A stretch of DNA of 64,000 nt from NCBI GenBank assembly GCA_051362555.1, contig CM120649.1, forward strand, positions 3,720,001 through 3,784,000, in the 5' to 3' direction. The position numbers and the translations under genes were made by a program. The notes under the pieces are model-generated. The model searched no databases. It was not told the origin of the DNA and saw nothing but the letters and a program-made list of their open reading frames with translations. Each line of letters starts with the position of its first letter. Position 1 is the first letter of the stretch. This DNA comes from Lingula anatina. Its lineage: Eukaryota; Animalia; Brachiopoda. Positions 1 through 11,316 of this stretch are shown here, piece after piece.

Positions 1-646
1 GCTCTCAGTATAACAACCCCAGTATCATCTGGACGTGGACCAAACAACACAATGGTGACGCCTCGGTCAAGGTCAAGGTTAAATTGAAGGACGCCAGATA
101 CATTTTGATGTCAGTGCTGAAATGGTTTAGTGGCATAAACTACTGTAATAGGCCTGCTTTAACAACGATCAGAATGTCTCATCCAATTTTTGTGAAAATA
201 TTTATCAGAAGCTACCTCTTCTGAGATTGATGCCTGTTATGTGTAATACCAAATAATGTTGAATTTACCACTAGTCATTAGCCTGTACTTTTTGTTTATT
301 TTTTTAAATTGAACATTTTTCGCCAATGGAACAATACCTGTCTAAACTGATTTGCTGTCTAAGGTTTTCACAATATAACGAAGATTGAGTTTTATGTTTA
401 GTAACTGGACGTTGAAAAGAGACATGGCAGCACAGTATTGCCAAATAATGGAATATACCAATAAACTATGAAATACTTCTATATAACCATACATTTCAAG
501 TTAATTTTTGTCAGCATTGTAAAAATATTCTTTGTGAAACGCATTCTTGTCTTTCAGACCTGAGTAGCCTATATTTCCACTCCCTCTTCGTCACGTTAAA
601 AGAGACATTCACGTGATGTGCAGCGCTCCCGTCCGATGATATGTAC

Positions 647-680
<34 letters not shown>

Positions 681-1127
681 CCAAAAATCTAATACAAAAC
701 TCTTACCAATGACATCACCATGAAAGTTTGTAAAACAGAACGAAAAAATGAAATTGAAATATGTGTAGTTATAAATACATATGAAACGAGACATACAAAA
801 CCTTGTAACATTTAGAAAATTACATGTAGACCCAGTTTTGTACACACCACATATAAAATCCACATGCCAAAAAACAACCAATATTTATCTCTTAGGTAGC
901 AGAGTGAAGGCCTTAAAATTGTGCATTATTCAGCTTTCCGGATAAAATTGACTTGCAGTTTCATTCCATTCAGTAAAACAGTGTTATTAAGCAGACATTT
1001 TCCGGGAAGAATGTAACGAGACTCTCTGGTATTTCTTTAAGTAATATATGCATTATTTTAATTATATGGTGTTATTTGGTCGGGTTTCGCTTCATTCTGA
1101 TGTACTTGAATATTTCTTTTAAGATTA

Positions 1128-2243
1128 AAATAAAGGGAACCGGAGAAAATCAGCATTGGTCAGAATTGTGCCGGAAGTGACGTGCAGTGGTGTTTGAAAC
1201 GAAGCTGAGTGGTCATTTTAACATAGAGGTGAACGGCAGTGAAGACGGGTTGTCTTTTTTTCAATATATTGACGAATTTTTGTCACAGGACAAATAAAAC
1301 ATTTCACTGACAAGATCTTCCCAAAAAGACAAAAAGAGAATTCAGGTGAGCTGACAGGTAATTAAGACTACAATGTAGCTCAAAGTACTAATAATTGACA
1401 TTATTATGCAATACTCAGTTGGTAAAACGATTCTCACAGGTAGATAAAATGTAACATGACCAATTTCTATAGGCTAATGATTGCCAGCCTGAGGAAATTG
1501 ATTGCCAGTCTCTTTTGTCAGTGATTTTTAACTCAGATAAGAGGCTTTCAGAATGTCACCTTTGTCTTGGCATTTGTTTCTGATTAGCGCCTTCCCCAGT
1601 GTAAAAGGTATATCAGTGTGATCATGTGTGTGGAATTTCATGCCAGATGGACATATAAAGACCTAAAAATTCGTCAATATATTGAAAAAAAGATACAGCT
1701 GTGCACAGCAGTCGGAGATCGGTACATTTCACTTGTTAGTTACGAACTACTTCCTGGTTTTCACAAGGTCCTTCAAGACCTCTAAAACATCGTTGTAATT
1801 GCAGCCCATACCATAAAACACCCAAAAATACTTAGATATGGACATATCGGATTATATTAATGCCAAATTTCCACATGACAACGATTTATAGACTCCCGGG
1901 AATTATTTCCCCTTTACGCTTTTTGTCGCGCTGGCGGTCGACGCAGCATTTATTTCTAAACAAGTTGACCGCAAATTAAGCACGATTTTGCACCTTCAAG
2001 TTCCGTGTCACGTTTTCATATCATGCATTTATTATTTCTACAAGTTTTCTCTGCCCAAAATGCGTAAAAAAAGAGAGTTATCTTACCATGTTGTTTAGAA
2101 AACTTCTTTTTCCTCCGACAACCCGTCTTCACTGCCGTTCACCTCTATGTTAAAATGACCACTCAGCTTCGTTTCTAACACCACTGCACGTCACTTCCGG
2201 CACAATTCTGACCAATGCTGATCTTCTCCGGTTCCCTTTATTT
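1128..2243. mobile_element. Long-TIR (foldback/MULE-like) non-autonomous element, or inverted duplication
   Basis: 1128-1254 and 2117-2243 are reverse complements over 127 bp with 2 mismatches seen. A shorter inner inverted repeat lies at about 1255-1280 / 1665-1691. No clean TSD and no transposase ORF. Confidence 0.6.
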
Positions 2244-2719
2244 ATCACCATTTTATCAAAATCCATAAACAGAAATTACACTCGCAAAAGTGGAAATGGC
2301 TTGGAAAGATATTGAGGGACACTTTATAGATTAAAAGAAGATCATTTCACCTTATTGTGTTATCGTCCAGGTACGCACGTCTTAAAGTAGATTAATCTTT
2401 TCAAAAACGGAATCAATGTATATTGCATCCGGTTTGCATTTCACTCACCAGTAAATAGGCTATTTTAATGTTGCTTGTTAAAGTAAAGGAACTGATTACA
2501 ATTCATATCCTCATATATTTCTTTAATATACAAGTACTAGTATGTGACAGTAGTCAAACTGGAGCTTTGTTCCTCTCAGGAAGCAAGACTTGAGTACTGA
2601 ACCGTCTGGTATACATGTACATGTATGTATACTGGGCTGAATACATGACGTTGTCAATTAATATAAGAACTTTTTTCAGAAAAAAATTCCCTGTCAAAAT
2701 AACACTCAAACTCTCCCAT

Positions 2720-2992
2720 AACGATTGGCCCGTACATGGAAATAAATATTGATAAACAACTATTTTTCCAGAAAAGAAATACAAAAAAAAAAAAAAAAAA
2801 AAAAAAAAAACGATTGGCCGGTACACGGAAATAAATATTTATTCATGAAAAGTCTGTGTAGGTAAGGGCAACTGAGTTAATGTTTTGCCTAAATAACTGT
2901 TTGGATGTCTGTCTCTCTATAAACGGGAAGCTACTCCTCTTAATTCTGCTGAAGATAAAGTTAGCTGCAGTGATGGTGCTGGTTGTATTGTC
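2720..2992 (+). pseudogene. Decayed copy of the VWA-gene promoter plus start of the signal-peptide exon
   Basis: Contains acgattggcc (CCAAT), ctctataaa and gaagATAAAGTTAGCTGCAGTGATGGTGCTGGTTG, collinear with gaagATGAAGTTAGCCGCGCTAGTGCTGTTGGTTG of the intact copy at 17292. Similar relics at about 3408-3510, 8593-8750 and 15705-15915. Confidence 0.7.
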
Positions 2993-3034
2993 TTTTATAA
3001 TCAAACTAATAACAACCTAACAAAATGACACTCA

Positions 3035-3320
3035 CACTTCATGACCGTCTAGCTTTTATTCAGTTGAATTTACATTAACTTTTAATGTGCAATTAATGGA
3101 ATCGTATTCATTTGACTTTAAAATATATGAAAATGAATGTATCTCTATGTCACGACTCTCAGAAAATGGTATTTTAAAAGTACCCCAACTTGTGACAAGC
3201 ACTGTGAGGTGAAAGCTGTCACTAAATCCCCAAGCCTCAGGTTTTATTGTGAGGTGATGCACGTTTCATGGGTTGGATTGATGTGTGTGTTTGGGGGGGT
3301 GGGGGGGTGGGGGTGATGTT
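3035..3320 (+). repeat. About 300-bp intergenic module repeated through the VWA array
   Basis: Motif string cttcatgactgtctagcttttattcagtt...aatgtgcgattaatggaatcgta...caagcactgtgaggtgaaagctg...gcacgtt..catgg..(tg)n(g)n recurs at about 3035, 3553, 7615, 8750, 15962 and 21070. Confidence 0.85.
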
Positions 3321-4284
3321 ACATCCAAACGTTGCTTGAACAAAGCCGTCCATCTGCATACCCCATACCACATGTGATACAGCGTTCGTCGCTACATATT
3401 CTACATACACGTTTGGCTGCCTGTCTCTCTGTAAATCAGGTAGCTACTTTTCTAAATTCTGCCGTAACTGAAAATGAATATAGCTGCACTGATGCTGCTG
3501 GTTGTATCATCTTTTTGATCAAACTAATTACAACCTAGCAAAATGACACTCGCACTTCATGACTGTCTAGCTTTTATACAGTTGAATTTACTACAACTCT
3601 TTTAATGTGCAATTAATAGAATCGTATCCATTTGACATTAAAATATATTAAAAATGAATGTATCTCTATGTCACGACTCTCAGAAGCTGCCACCAGGATA
3701 TCAAGGTCTCAGGCTGTACTGTGAGGTGAAGCAAGTGCATGGATTAGAATGACGTATATGTGTGTGTATGTGTGTGTGTTTGTTTTTAGGGGGGTATGAT
3801 GTTGCAACCAAACTTTGCCAGTTGTATCAAAAGTTGTATCAGATGTGGTATGGGATATGCAGATGGACAAACTTCCTACAAAAGATAAACATTTATAAAA
3901 TGGCATCAGGATATATTATAAAAATTTCACATACCGGTAAATGGTCTATTTATGCATTTATTTTAGTAAATTATTTACTTAAACGTTACCCGCACACTTT
4001 TCATTAATCTTAGTCAACAGGTGTCACCAGAAGCAATGGCTTTAAGGAATACCTGATGATTGTCTTGTACAGCTATTACAATATTGTATGCATTACAATT
4101 AGATTCCAGTCCTTTGACAAAAATCACTACAGGGAAATTAATTGTAATAAATGCAGGCCGTATGAGTAAGTATTCATTAGCGTTTTATATAAATATCTGT
4201 TTGGACGCCCGTCTCTATAAAAGCAACTAAGGAAGCCACGCTTTTCTCATCTGCACGTGAACCAAGTTCCTGCCGTCACCGAAG

Positions 4285-6186
4285 ATGAACTTAGCCACAC
4301 TGGTGCTTTTGGCTGCTGTTGGAATCGACTTAAATGGTCTGGGCTCCGTGGCTCTCACGGCAGACCAGATCACCAATGCTCTGATGGGCGGTGCTCATTC
4401 CTACTGGAATATCTGCTTTGCTTTGGACAGCAGCGACGGGATTGACAACATTAAATGGAATATGTCCAAATGGGCGGCACGGGTGAGATACGTGCACACT
4501 GGTCTTGGTCATTTGACATCGCACATTTTCCTTCCGATTATTTTCTTTCAATACCAATTATCAATACTGAATAATAGACACGGATTTAGGCAAAAAGAAT
4601 AGAAAATAATTTTTCGATTTGATTAGTATTTGATAACTTTGCACGAATAAGTGTGTCTGAACAACAATAAATTGGTCAAAGCATTTATTTGTAAAACTAA
4701 CAGTATAACAGTGTTAAGATTACATGTAGACAACCAAATATAATTTTTTTCAACTTTACCAAAATCTTTTACGTTTTTATTAAAGGGCTAATTCTGCTCA
4801 TTCTACGTATAGTGATCCAACTCCGTTCGGACTCTGGCTGAATACAAACAGATCAACATGTCAGTTCTTGACGTTAAGTAGAAGACAGAAAAGTTCCTGA
4901 TCAAACGATTATTTTGGAAACGAGGAGGTGTGGTAATATTTGTAATCTGATTGCATTCAGCGAGAGTCACCGCGGAGTTGAATCGGTATTTTCATAAGGA
5001 ATGAGTCCGAAGACATTTTTTGTAACACGTAAGAAAGCATCATATTTTATTCCAAAGGAATATTGTTTCAGAACATCCTTGCCATCATCAACAATACTCC
5101 CAGCCAGAATAGTATAGCCCCTGAGAAACATAGGATTGGTCTGGTACGTTTCTCTTCCCGGGCTCAGCACATCTTCTTTCTGGGGACTTACCCGTTCTAC
5201 CCACAGAATGATGCCGCTATTGCCGCCGTGCCTAAGTTAGGTAAGGTCGATGAATTTGTTAATATCAGTATACACGTAGCTCGAATATGAACAACATTAT
5301 GAACTTCACACAATCTGCTGGGTATACATATGTACAAAATTCAATAGGCCTACCCACATGTACATACATACAAACATATATACACACACGCAAACAAACG
5401 CTGTTACGAATATTTCGACATCGAACTGCTTTATCAAAACTCGGAGTAGAAAGGTTAAGCAAAGCATTAACATCAACATGCTCGGGGGGGGGGGGGGGGG
5501 GGGAGTTGGCCTGGGGGGGGGGGGGGTTGTCCGGAGGGAATTGTCCGGGGGGAATAGTCCCTATACCTTGTATATCATGTATATTCACAGGTGGTATGAC
5601 GAACATTTTACATGGTTTGGCGAGGTGTAATGGTCAGCTTGGTTCCTCTGGCAACCGACTAGTTTGGATGACCACTGATGGACATCACAATACGTGGGGT
5701 TACCCGGTCGCCAAGGCAAAGGCCATGAGGGAGAATGGTATGTACTTCCAGAAAATCGCAAATGAAGAAAATTGTTTAACATAATCTTTTAGTTGAGACA
5801 ACAGGTCTTCAATCACGTTGGACAGTTCCGTAGAAAATTGAAACTGATTTTTTTCAATAGCTACCAGTATAGCAAATAATTAACCGATATTTACCAAACA
5901 ATATTCTGTATACATGTATATTGACAGATTGACAGTCAGCATAAACTCTAACGATGAGCACACGAAATATTGGCTAGTAAACCTTATGTTTATATTTTCC
6001 TTACCTATTGACGAAAACAATATCTTAATTGACTCATTGTATTATAAAATGTGTTTTTCTATTTTTTTTATCTTAGGAATAAAAATTTGTATCGTTGCTA
6101 TTGGCAACAGCGTCAACATGAGAAAGATTAATAACATGGCATCGTGGATATATGGCATGGGCTCGAGATGTGTTCTTAGGTATTAA
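4285..6186 (+). CDS. Secreted VWA-domain protein, copy 1 (C-terminally truncated, possible pseudogene), 207 aa
   Basis: Exons 4285-4482, 5072-5240, 5591-5737, 6077-6186, all GT-AG with phases 0/1/1. Signal-peptide-like N-terminus MNLATLVLLAAVG. VWA motifs CFALDSSDG, RIGLVRFS, GGMT, WMTTDG, ICIVAIG. An 8-nt deletion relative to copy 3 creates TAA at 6184, and the homologous tail continues out of frame. Confidence 0.8.
4783..5010. mobile_element. Old MITE-like insertion in intron 1, shared by all three VWA copies
   Basis: Imperfect inverted arms gatccaactccg..gactctggctgaatac / gcattcagcgagagtcaccgcggagttgaatc. Also at about 11897-12115 and 17780-18010. A related free copy starts at about 25366. 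Confidence 0.55.
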
Positions 6187-6742
6187 AGCCCACATGATTG
6201 GCACGTTTTATTCCCGAAGGAGATTGATGCCATGGGAGAAAAATTAGCTTAAATCAGCGTCTTGCAAGTTTGTTAGTTTATGTACCTCCATTGTTTGCAA
6301 TTCTTCATTTGAATATCTTGATTGTAGCCAGAACGGCTTCTCTGCCAATTATTTTGTTAGCAATGCACATCTGGAAAGTTCCAAAAAAAAAATATATATA
6401 TAGAATATCGCAACATCGAATTTGTTGTAAAAATGGACAAGAAAGAAGCTTAATTGTTCTTAAATAATACATGTAATTGTGTTTATAATAGATAATAATT
6501 AGTAAAGATAAAAATGCAGAAAAAATACTGATTTTAATATTGCAAACACCTTATTTTATTAATAAAATTTGTAACAATAATTGTCGCTGTAACACTGGCA
6601 TTTTGTACTTCTCTAGATTATGGAAACTAATTTTCTCAATGCAAACAACGGAAATAAACTATTTTTTAATTTACTGCCTCTTCTTATTATGTACAGTATC
6701 TGTATTTGGAGGAATGGCGGACTAACCAGTTTCAAGGTTGTA

Positions 6743-6935
6743 CAGTGGCGGTTTAAGAGGGGGGTCAGGTCCTGACCTCCCTTCGATTTCTGAAAAAGAA
6801 AACGGTCCCCTCTTGAAATTAGAATTTTGACTAGCTGAATATAAAAAGAAAAAAATTGAAGCCCTTTAGCGGGCCCCGAGCCCCACTCCAAGGAGGGAGG
6901 GAAGGGTCGGCTTCAAATTCGCGGTCCCCTTCAAA
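6743..6935. mobile_element. hAT-like MITE fragment (CAGTGGCG terminus)
   Basis: Begins cagtggcggtttaagagggggg. Homologous to the fuller copy at 14976-15242 at the same position in the 3' flank. Absent from the copy 3 flank. Confidence 0.5.
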
Positions 6936-8099
6936 TTGGATAGGTGCTTCATTAATTAGAAAAACATCAGCAGGCTAATAATGATAATGTAGTAATAATG
7001 TAGTAATGACAATTATGATGGTGATTATGTTTTTTAAAGCTACACATTCGTGTCATCACTATTGACATATAGAATTTTAAATTACAAAGATAAATAAAAA
7101 ACTAATACTGCATAAAAATAACAAAAGTTAAAACGGACATAAATCAAATCAAAAAGTAACTAGAAAAGCACTCTGAGAGCGCTGACCAGAGCAGCTGCCA
7201 TACACGGTAAGAGATTCGCCCGGGGTGTGAGATTATACATAGGGCTTTTTAGGCCAACGTTTTTAACATACACCATTATCAAAATTCATATGTTCTAATG
7301 ACCACGCGAAGTTGGATTTTTCAAATGTTATTTTTTTACACGACTGTTTTGCTTGTTCTGCAAATCTCCCATTAAGCACAAGTTCACATCTTTGAAAGCT
7401 TAATAACTAAGCAATTCTTTTTGTTTCGTTAATTTTGGAAAGTATACCTTACAGTTTTTATTACGAGGTCATTTAACTATACTTTTTTATAGCGAAACCA
7501 ACTAATCAACCAGAGCCTCATGGCGTTGATTTTTTTCTATCTTGCCAGATGAGAAATAAAATGGAAACAATTTCGTACTTTTTAATTCAATGTCCACCTA
7601 AAAAATTATACTTGCACTTCATGACTGTCTAGCTTTTATTCAGTTAAACTTACTAAAACTACTTTAATGTGCGATTAAAGAAATCGTAACCATAACTATT
7701 TGACTTTAAAATTTAAAAAGGTAATATTTGATGATTGTCAGAAAATGGTATTAAGTGACCCAACTTGCACCAAGCACTGTGAGGTGAAAGCTGCCAATAA
7801 GATATCAAGGTCTCAGGTTGCACTGTGAGGTGAAGCACGTTCATGGATTAAAATGATGTGTGTGTGTGTGTGTGGGGGGGGGGGGGGGGCTGACATAATG
7901 TTACATACTTTGATATTGTAAATTTACCAACATTTGGTGAACAATCGTTGTCAGAATTGGCTGTCCATTTATATACCATATCTGACACAACGCTATATTC
8001 TGAGCACGTTGTAAATTTATTTAAACAGTTCACGGGAAGCTACAACGTACGATGTAATGTGAAATTAGATATTTCAAAAATGGAATCAAGGCATATTGC

Positions 8100-8250
8100 A
8101 CCAGGTGTAACAGGAATGGATGTCCGCTAGGAACCGTAGTCCGCTTCCTATACTTTGTACAGGTGACAGTATACTAACCCTAATACTCTATCTAACCCTA
8201 ACCTGTACTTATCATATGGGAGCCCGAAATTCCATTCCTGTTACATTGGT
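8100..8250. mobile_element. Short non-autonomous element with terminal inverted repeats and TAACCC repeats (MITE/Helentron-like)
   Basis: Ends tgtaacaggaatgga ... tccattcctgttaca, with internal ctaaccctaa repeats. A second, inverted copy lies at about 22228-22563. Confidence 0.6.
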
Positions 8251-9094
8251 TCGCGTTTCACGAACCAATAAATAGTCTATTTAAATTAATGTTACTTATA
8301 ACAGTGAAGGAATTGATAACAGTTCGAATCCGCATGCATTCCTGTAACGTATTTGACAGGGGTTGTTATCCAACTAACATGCAGTACCTAGTTTCAAGGT
8401 TTCAGTATTGCCAGCTCGATCTTCATTACATATGTATATATGGAGCGTTGTATACATACTGTGTGGTATAAACTGAGCTGGGTTCAATGTTGTTGTGAAC
8501 ATTATGGTAGCCTAGGTACAGGTTTTTTTTTCAAGAAAGATTTTTGTATAAAAATAATACAAAAAAACTACAACAACAAAAAAAAAAAAAAAAAACGATT
8601 GGCCCGAACAAGGAAATATATATTCATTCATTGAAAGTGTGTGTGAGTAAGGACAATCGGGTTTGATTAACGTTTTGCAGAAACATATGTTTGGATGCCT
8701 GCCTCTCTATAAAACAACCGATGTAGCCACTCTTCTAAATTCTGCAAGTGGAACTTACTAAATCCCTTTTAATGTGCGATTAATGGAATCGTAACCAATT
8801 GACTTTAAAATATAAAACATCAACGCATCTCTATTTAATGATTCTCAGAAAAAGGTATCCAACTTGCACCAAGCATTGTGAGCTGAAAGCTGTCAGCATC
8901 TCAAGGTCTCGGGTTTTGCTGTGAGGCGAAGCACGTTCCATGGGGTTGGTTTGATGTGTGTGTGTGTGTGTGTGTGTGTGTGGAGGAGGGGGGAATGTGT
9001 ATGATATTATCACATCCAAACATTGTCAAAATAAAACCGTAAGCCTACATACTGTAATACCCCATACCAGATCCGACACAACGCACATTATCAC

Positions 9095-10475
9095 ATTAAT
9101 ACATACCTAGGGATGTTACATGACCGTGGCGATATGATGATCACTGAAGCCTGTCCATTTAGGCAAGCTTCAGTGAAGATCAAGGGCAAGCTCGAGCCGC
9201 TGCCCAAAAATGTCTCGCTTCACTCGACATTTATGCGTAGCGTCTCTCGGAAAACTCGGATTTAACCTCGATGTAGTCTTGAATTTCACGACTACATCTT
9301 GGTTAAATCAGTCGAGGTCTATTAAATACTGAAAGCCAAAGACAGAGTGATCGTGTGACCTTCTTGGCATCAAGAGAATAGTGACGTTGCTTGCGTTATA
9401 TACCTACCAGTAGACAAATTTAAAATCTCTCACGCTCTTAAAAAATTAGCATAAACTTTTCACGTTTAACAATTATTATTTATCATTTTATTACACTAAG
9501 TCATATCATATGGGTATAGTTTGAAAACGGGAATTAGTTTACATTTAAATCACACGTGCATACAAATTATTTGTAAATCTATAACTTTTTAACGAGGGTT
9601 GTGTTATTTACCTTTTGGTTTTAAGCTGTTCATTCTTCCTCTTAATCAGATATATCGGTAAAAATCAAATGCATTCCCCCTTTGAACTTGTAATTACATG
9701 TAGCACATGAATGCTCTGAAAACCAGCACATGTATATTCTGAAACCGCCTCGTGGTAAAAAAGATGTCACCAAAACGTAGAATTATTACTCCTGTGGACT
9801 TTAAATAAACATCCGTTTGATTTTGACTATATTCCGTAACCGCCTCGTCGTAAGAAATGACAATAAAAAACTAGAATAATAACTCCCGTGAACTTGTAAT
9901 AAACATCCGTCGATTTTGAATATAGTCCGAAACTGCTTCGTTGTCAGAAATATCACCAAAAAGTAAATATCTTTCTCCTTTGCACTTGTGAAAAATTAGT
10001 TTGACTATATTCCGGTCCCACGCTCCTTTTTTATCAGAAATGTTACTAAAAAGTAGAGGTTTTGCCTTAATTTTGGGACCTTGTTTCCGCAGCAGTCCCA
10101 GCTAGGTGTGGCTCAGCTGAGACGTGCATGGTCAGTGTCGACGGTTGATAAAATATTTCTCAAGCAGGTTGAACGTCCACGACAAGTATTTAGCAAAAAT
10201 TGACCAAATTGGTCAGACAATACGTAAGAATTTGGCGAGAGGTGACCAGCACACGTGGACGAGTTTATTCCGTATAACATCTCTAGAGCGTGATAAAGTG
10301 TCACTTTATTCGGTTTTAGGGGTGTTTTAGGATGAAATGACTGTATTTTTTTCTCGGTATGTATGTCAAATAATACACTGTCACCCTCTTGCGATATATG
10401 CCATGAACATCTCTCGCTGACGCTCGAGGTGTTTTGGCATATATCGCTCGGGTGACAGTGTATTATCTCACACTT
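9095..10475. mobile_element. About 1.4-kb hairpin-rich insertion with internal ~90-bp tandem repeats
   Basis: Interrupts sequence that is contiguous at 16270-16350. Several short hairpins at 9140-9310, a ~100-bp palindrome at 10370-10466, and four degenerate 85-95 bp units starting at 9733, 9828, 9921 and 10006. Confidence 0.6.
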
Positions 10476-11149
10476 AAAAGCAGTTAGCGGGAACCTAGAA
10501 CAAATGTTCTCAATTGATTTTGCAATCCAACCAACATGTAGCATGTGCGTTTAGAATTTACATACCGTCATGGATTTTCACTGAAATAAAATAATTTATC
10601 TTCTTAAGAAAACTGCAGAATGAGTCATTAATATTCATATATCACTATGAATAATACATGTTTTTATGAGTTCTTGTTGAGACCCGCAATTGACAAACAA
10701 GTTTTTTTATCCCAAATTGAAATAAAATCATCCATTTCCTGATAAATGTTTATGTTTAATTCAGGACACTGTAACATCAACATGTGGTTATCAGAGTGTT
10801 TACTGCAAAGTTCATTATTGCACCGCTCTGTGTTACCATCCAAATACTTCTTGCAAAATTTTTTTTAATGGTATCAGGATATATTACACAGGGTCTGCGT
10901 TTCGCACACCAGTTTTAACTGGTTAAAATAGTCTATTTATGTATTCATTTTAAATAAAGTTAAAAGTTAAACCCACATGCTTTTCATCAATCTAAGTCAA
11001 CAGGAGCAATGGCTCAAAGGAATACCTGAGGACTGTCTGGTACATATTCTACAACATTGTACGCTGCCAGCATTACAATAGTTTGTAAGATTGTAGCCCT
11101 TTGGCAATAAATGCCATTTATGTAATAAACTCCCAGGGCCTTACAAAAC

Positions 11150-11255
11150 GATTGGTCCATACAAGGAAATGAATTGTAATAAATGCAGCCAGTGTGAGTA
11201 AGTATAAATTAGCGTTTGTATAAATATCTGTCTGGGCGCCCGTTCTCTATAAAAG
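11150..11255 (+). promoter_or_regulatory. Core promoter of VWA copy 2 (inverted CCAAT box plus TATA box)
   Basis: GATTGG at 11150-11155 and TATAAAAG at 11248-11255, about 65 nt before the ATG. Positionally conserved in the paralogs. Confidence 0.65.
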
Positions 11256-11316
11256 CAACCGAGGAAGCCACACTTCTATCATCTGCACGTGGACAAAGTT
11301 CCTGCCGTCACTGAAG

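Noticed and set aside
1-224. Open frames at the window start (ALSITTPVSSGRGPNNTMVTPRSRSRLN* in frame 1, and a longer frame 3)
   Set aside because: Could be the last exon of an upstream gene, but there is no recognisable motif and the frame cannot be chosen without upstream sequence.
609-881. Minus-strand 90-aa ORF with poly-Ile, and a possible LINE tail at the (AAT)n run
   Set aside because: The ORF is produced by the microsatellite. No RT or GIY-YIG motif and no polyadenylation signal in the right orientation.
5265-5630. Pro-rich and Gly-rich ORFs
   Set aside because: They arise from a G-run/gggaattgtcc repeat insertion in intron 2 of VWA copy 1.
9733-10060. Repeat units that might suggest a CRISPR-like array
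   Set aside because: Degenerate ~90-bp tandem units with no unique spacers, in a eukaryotic context with no cas genes.
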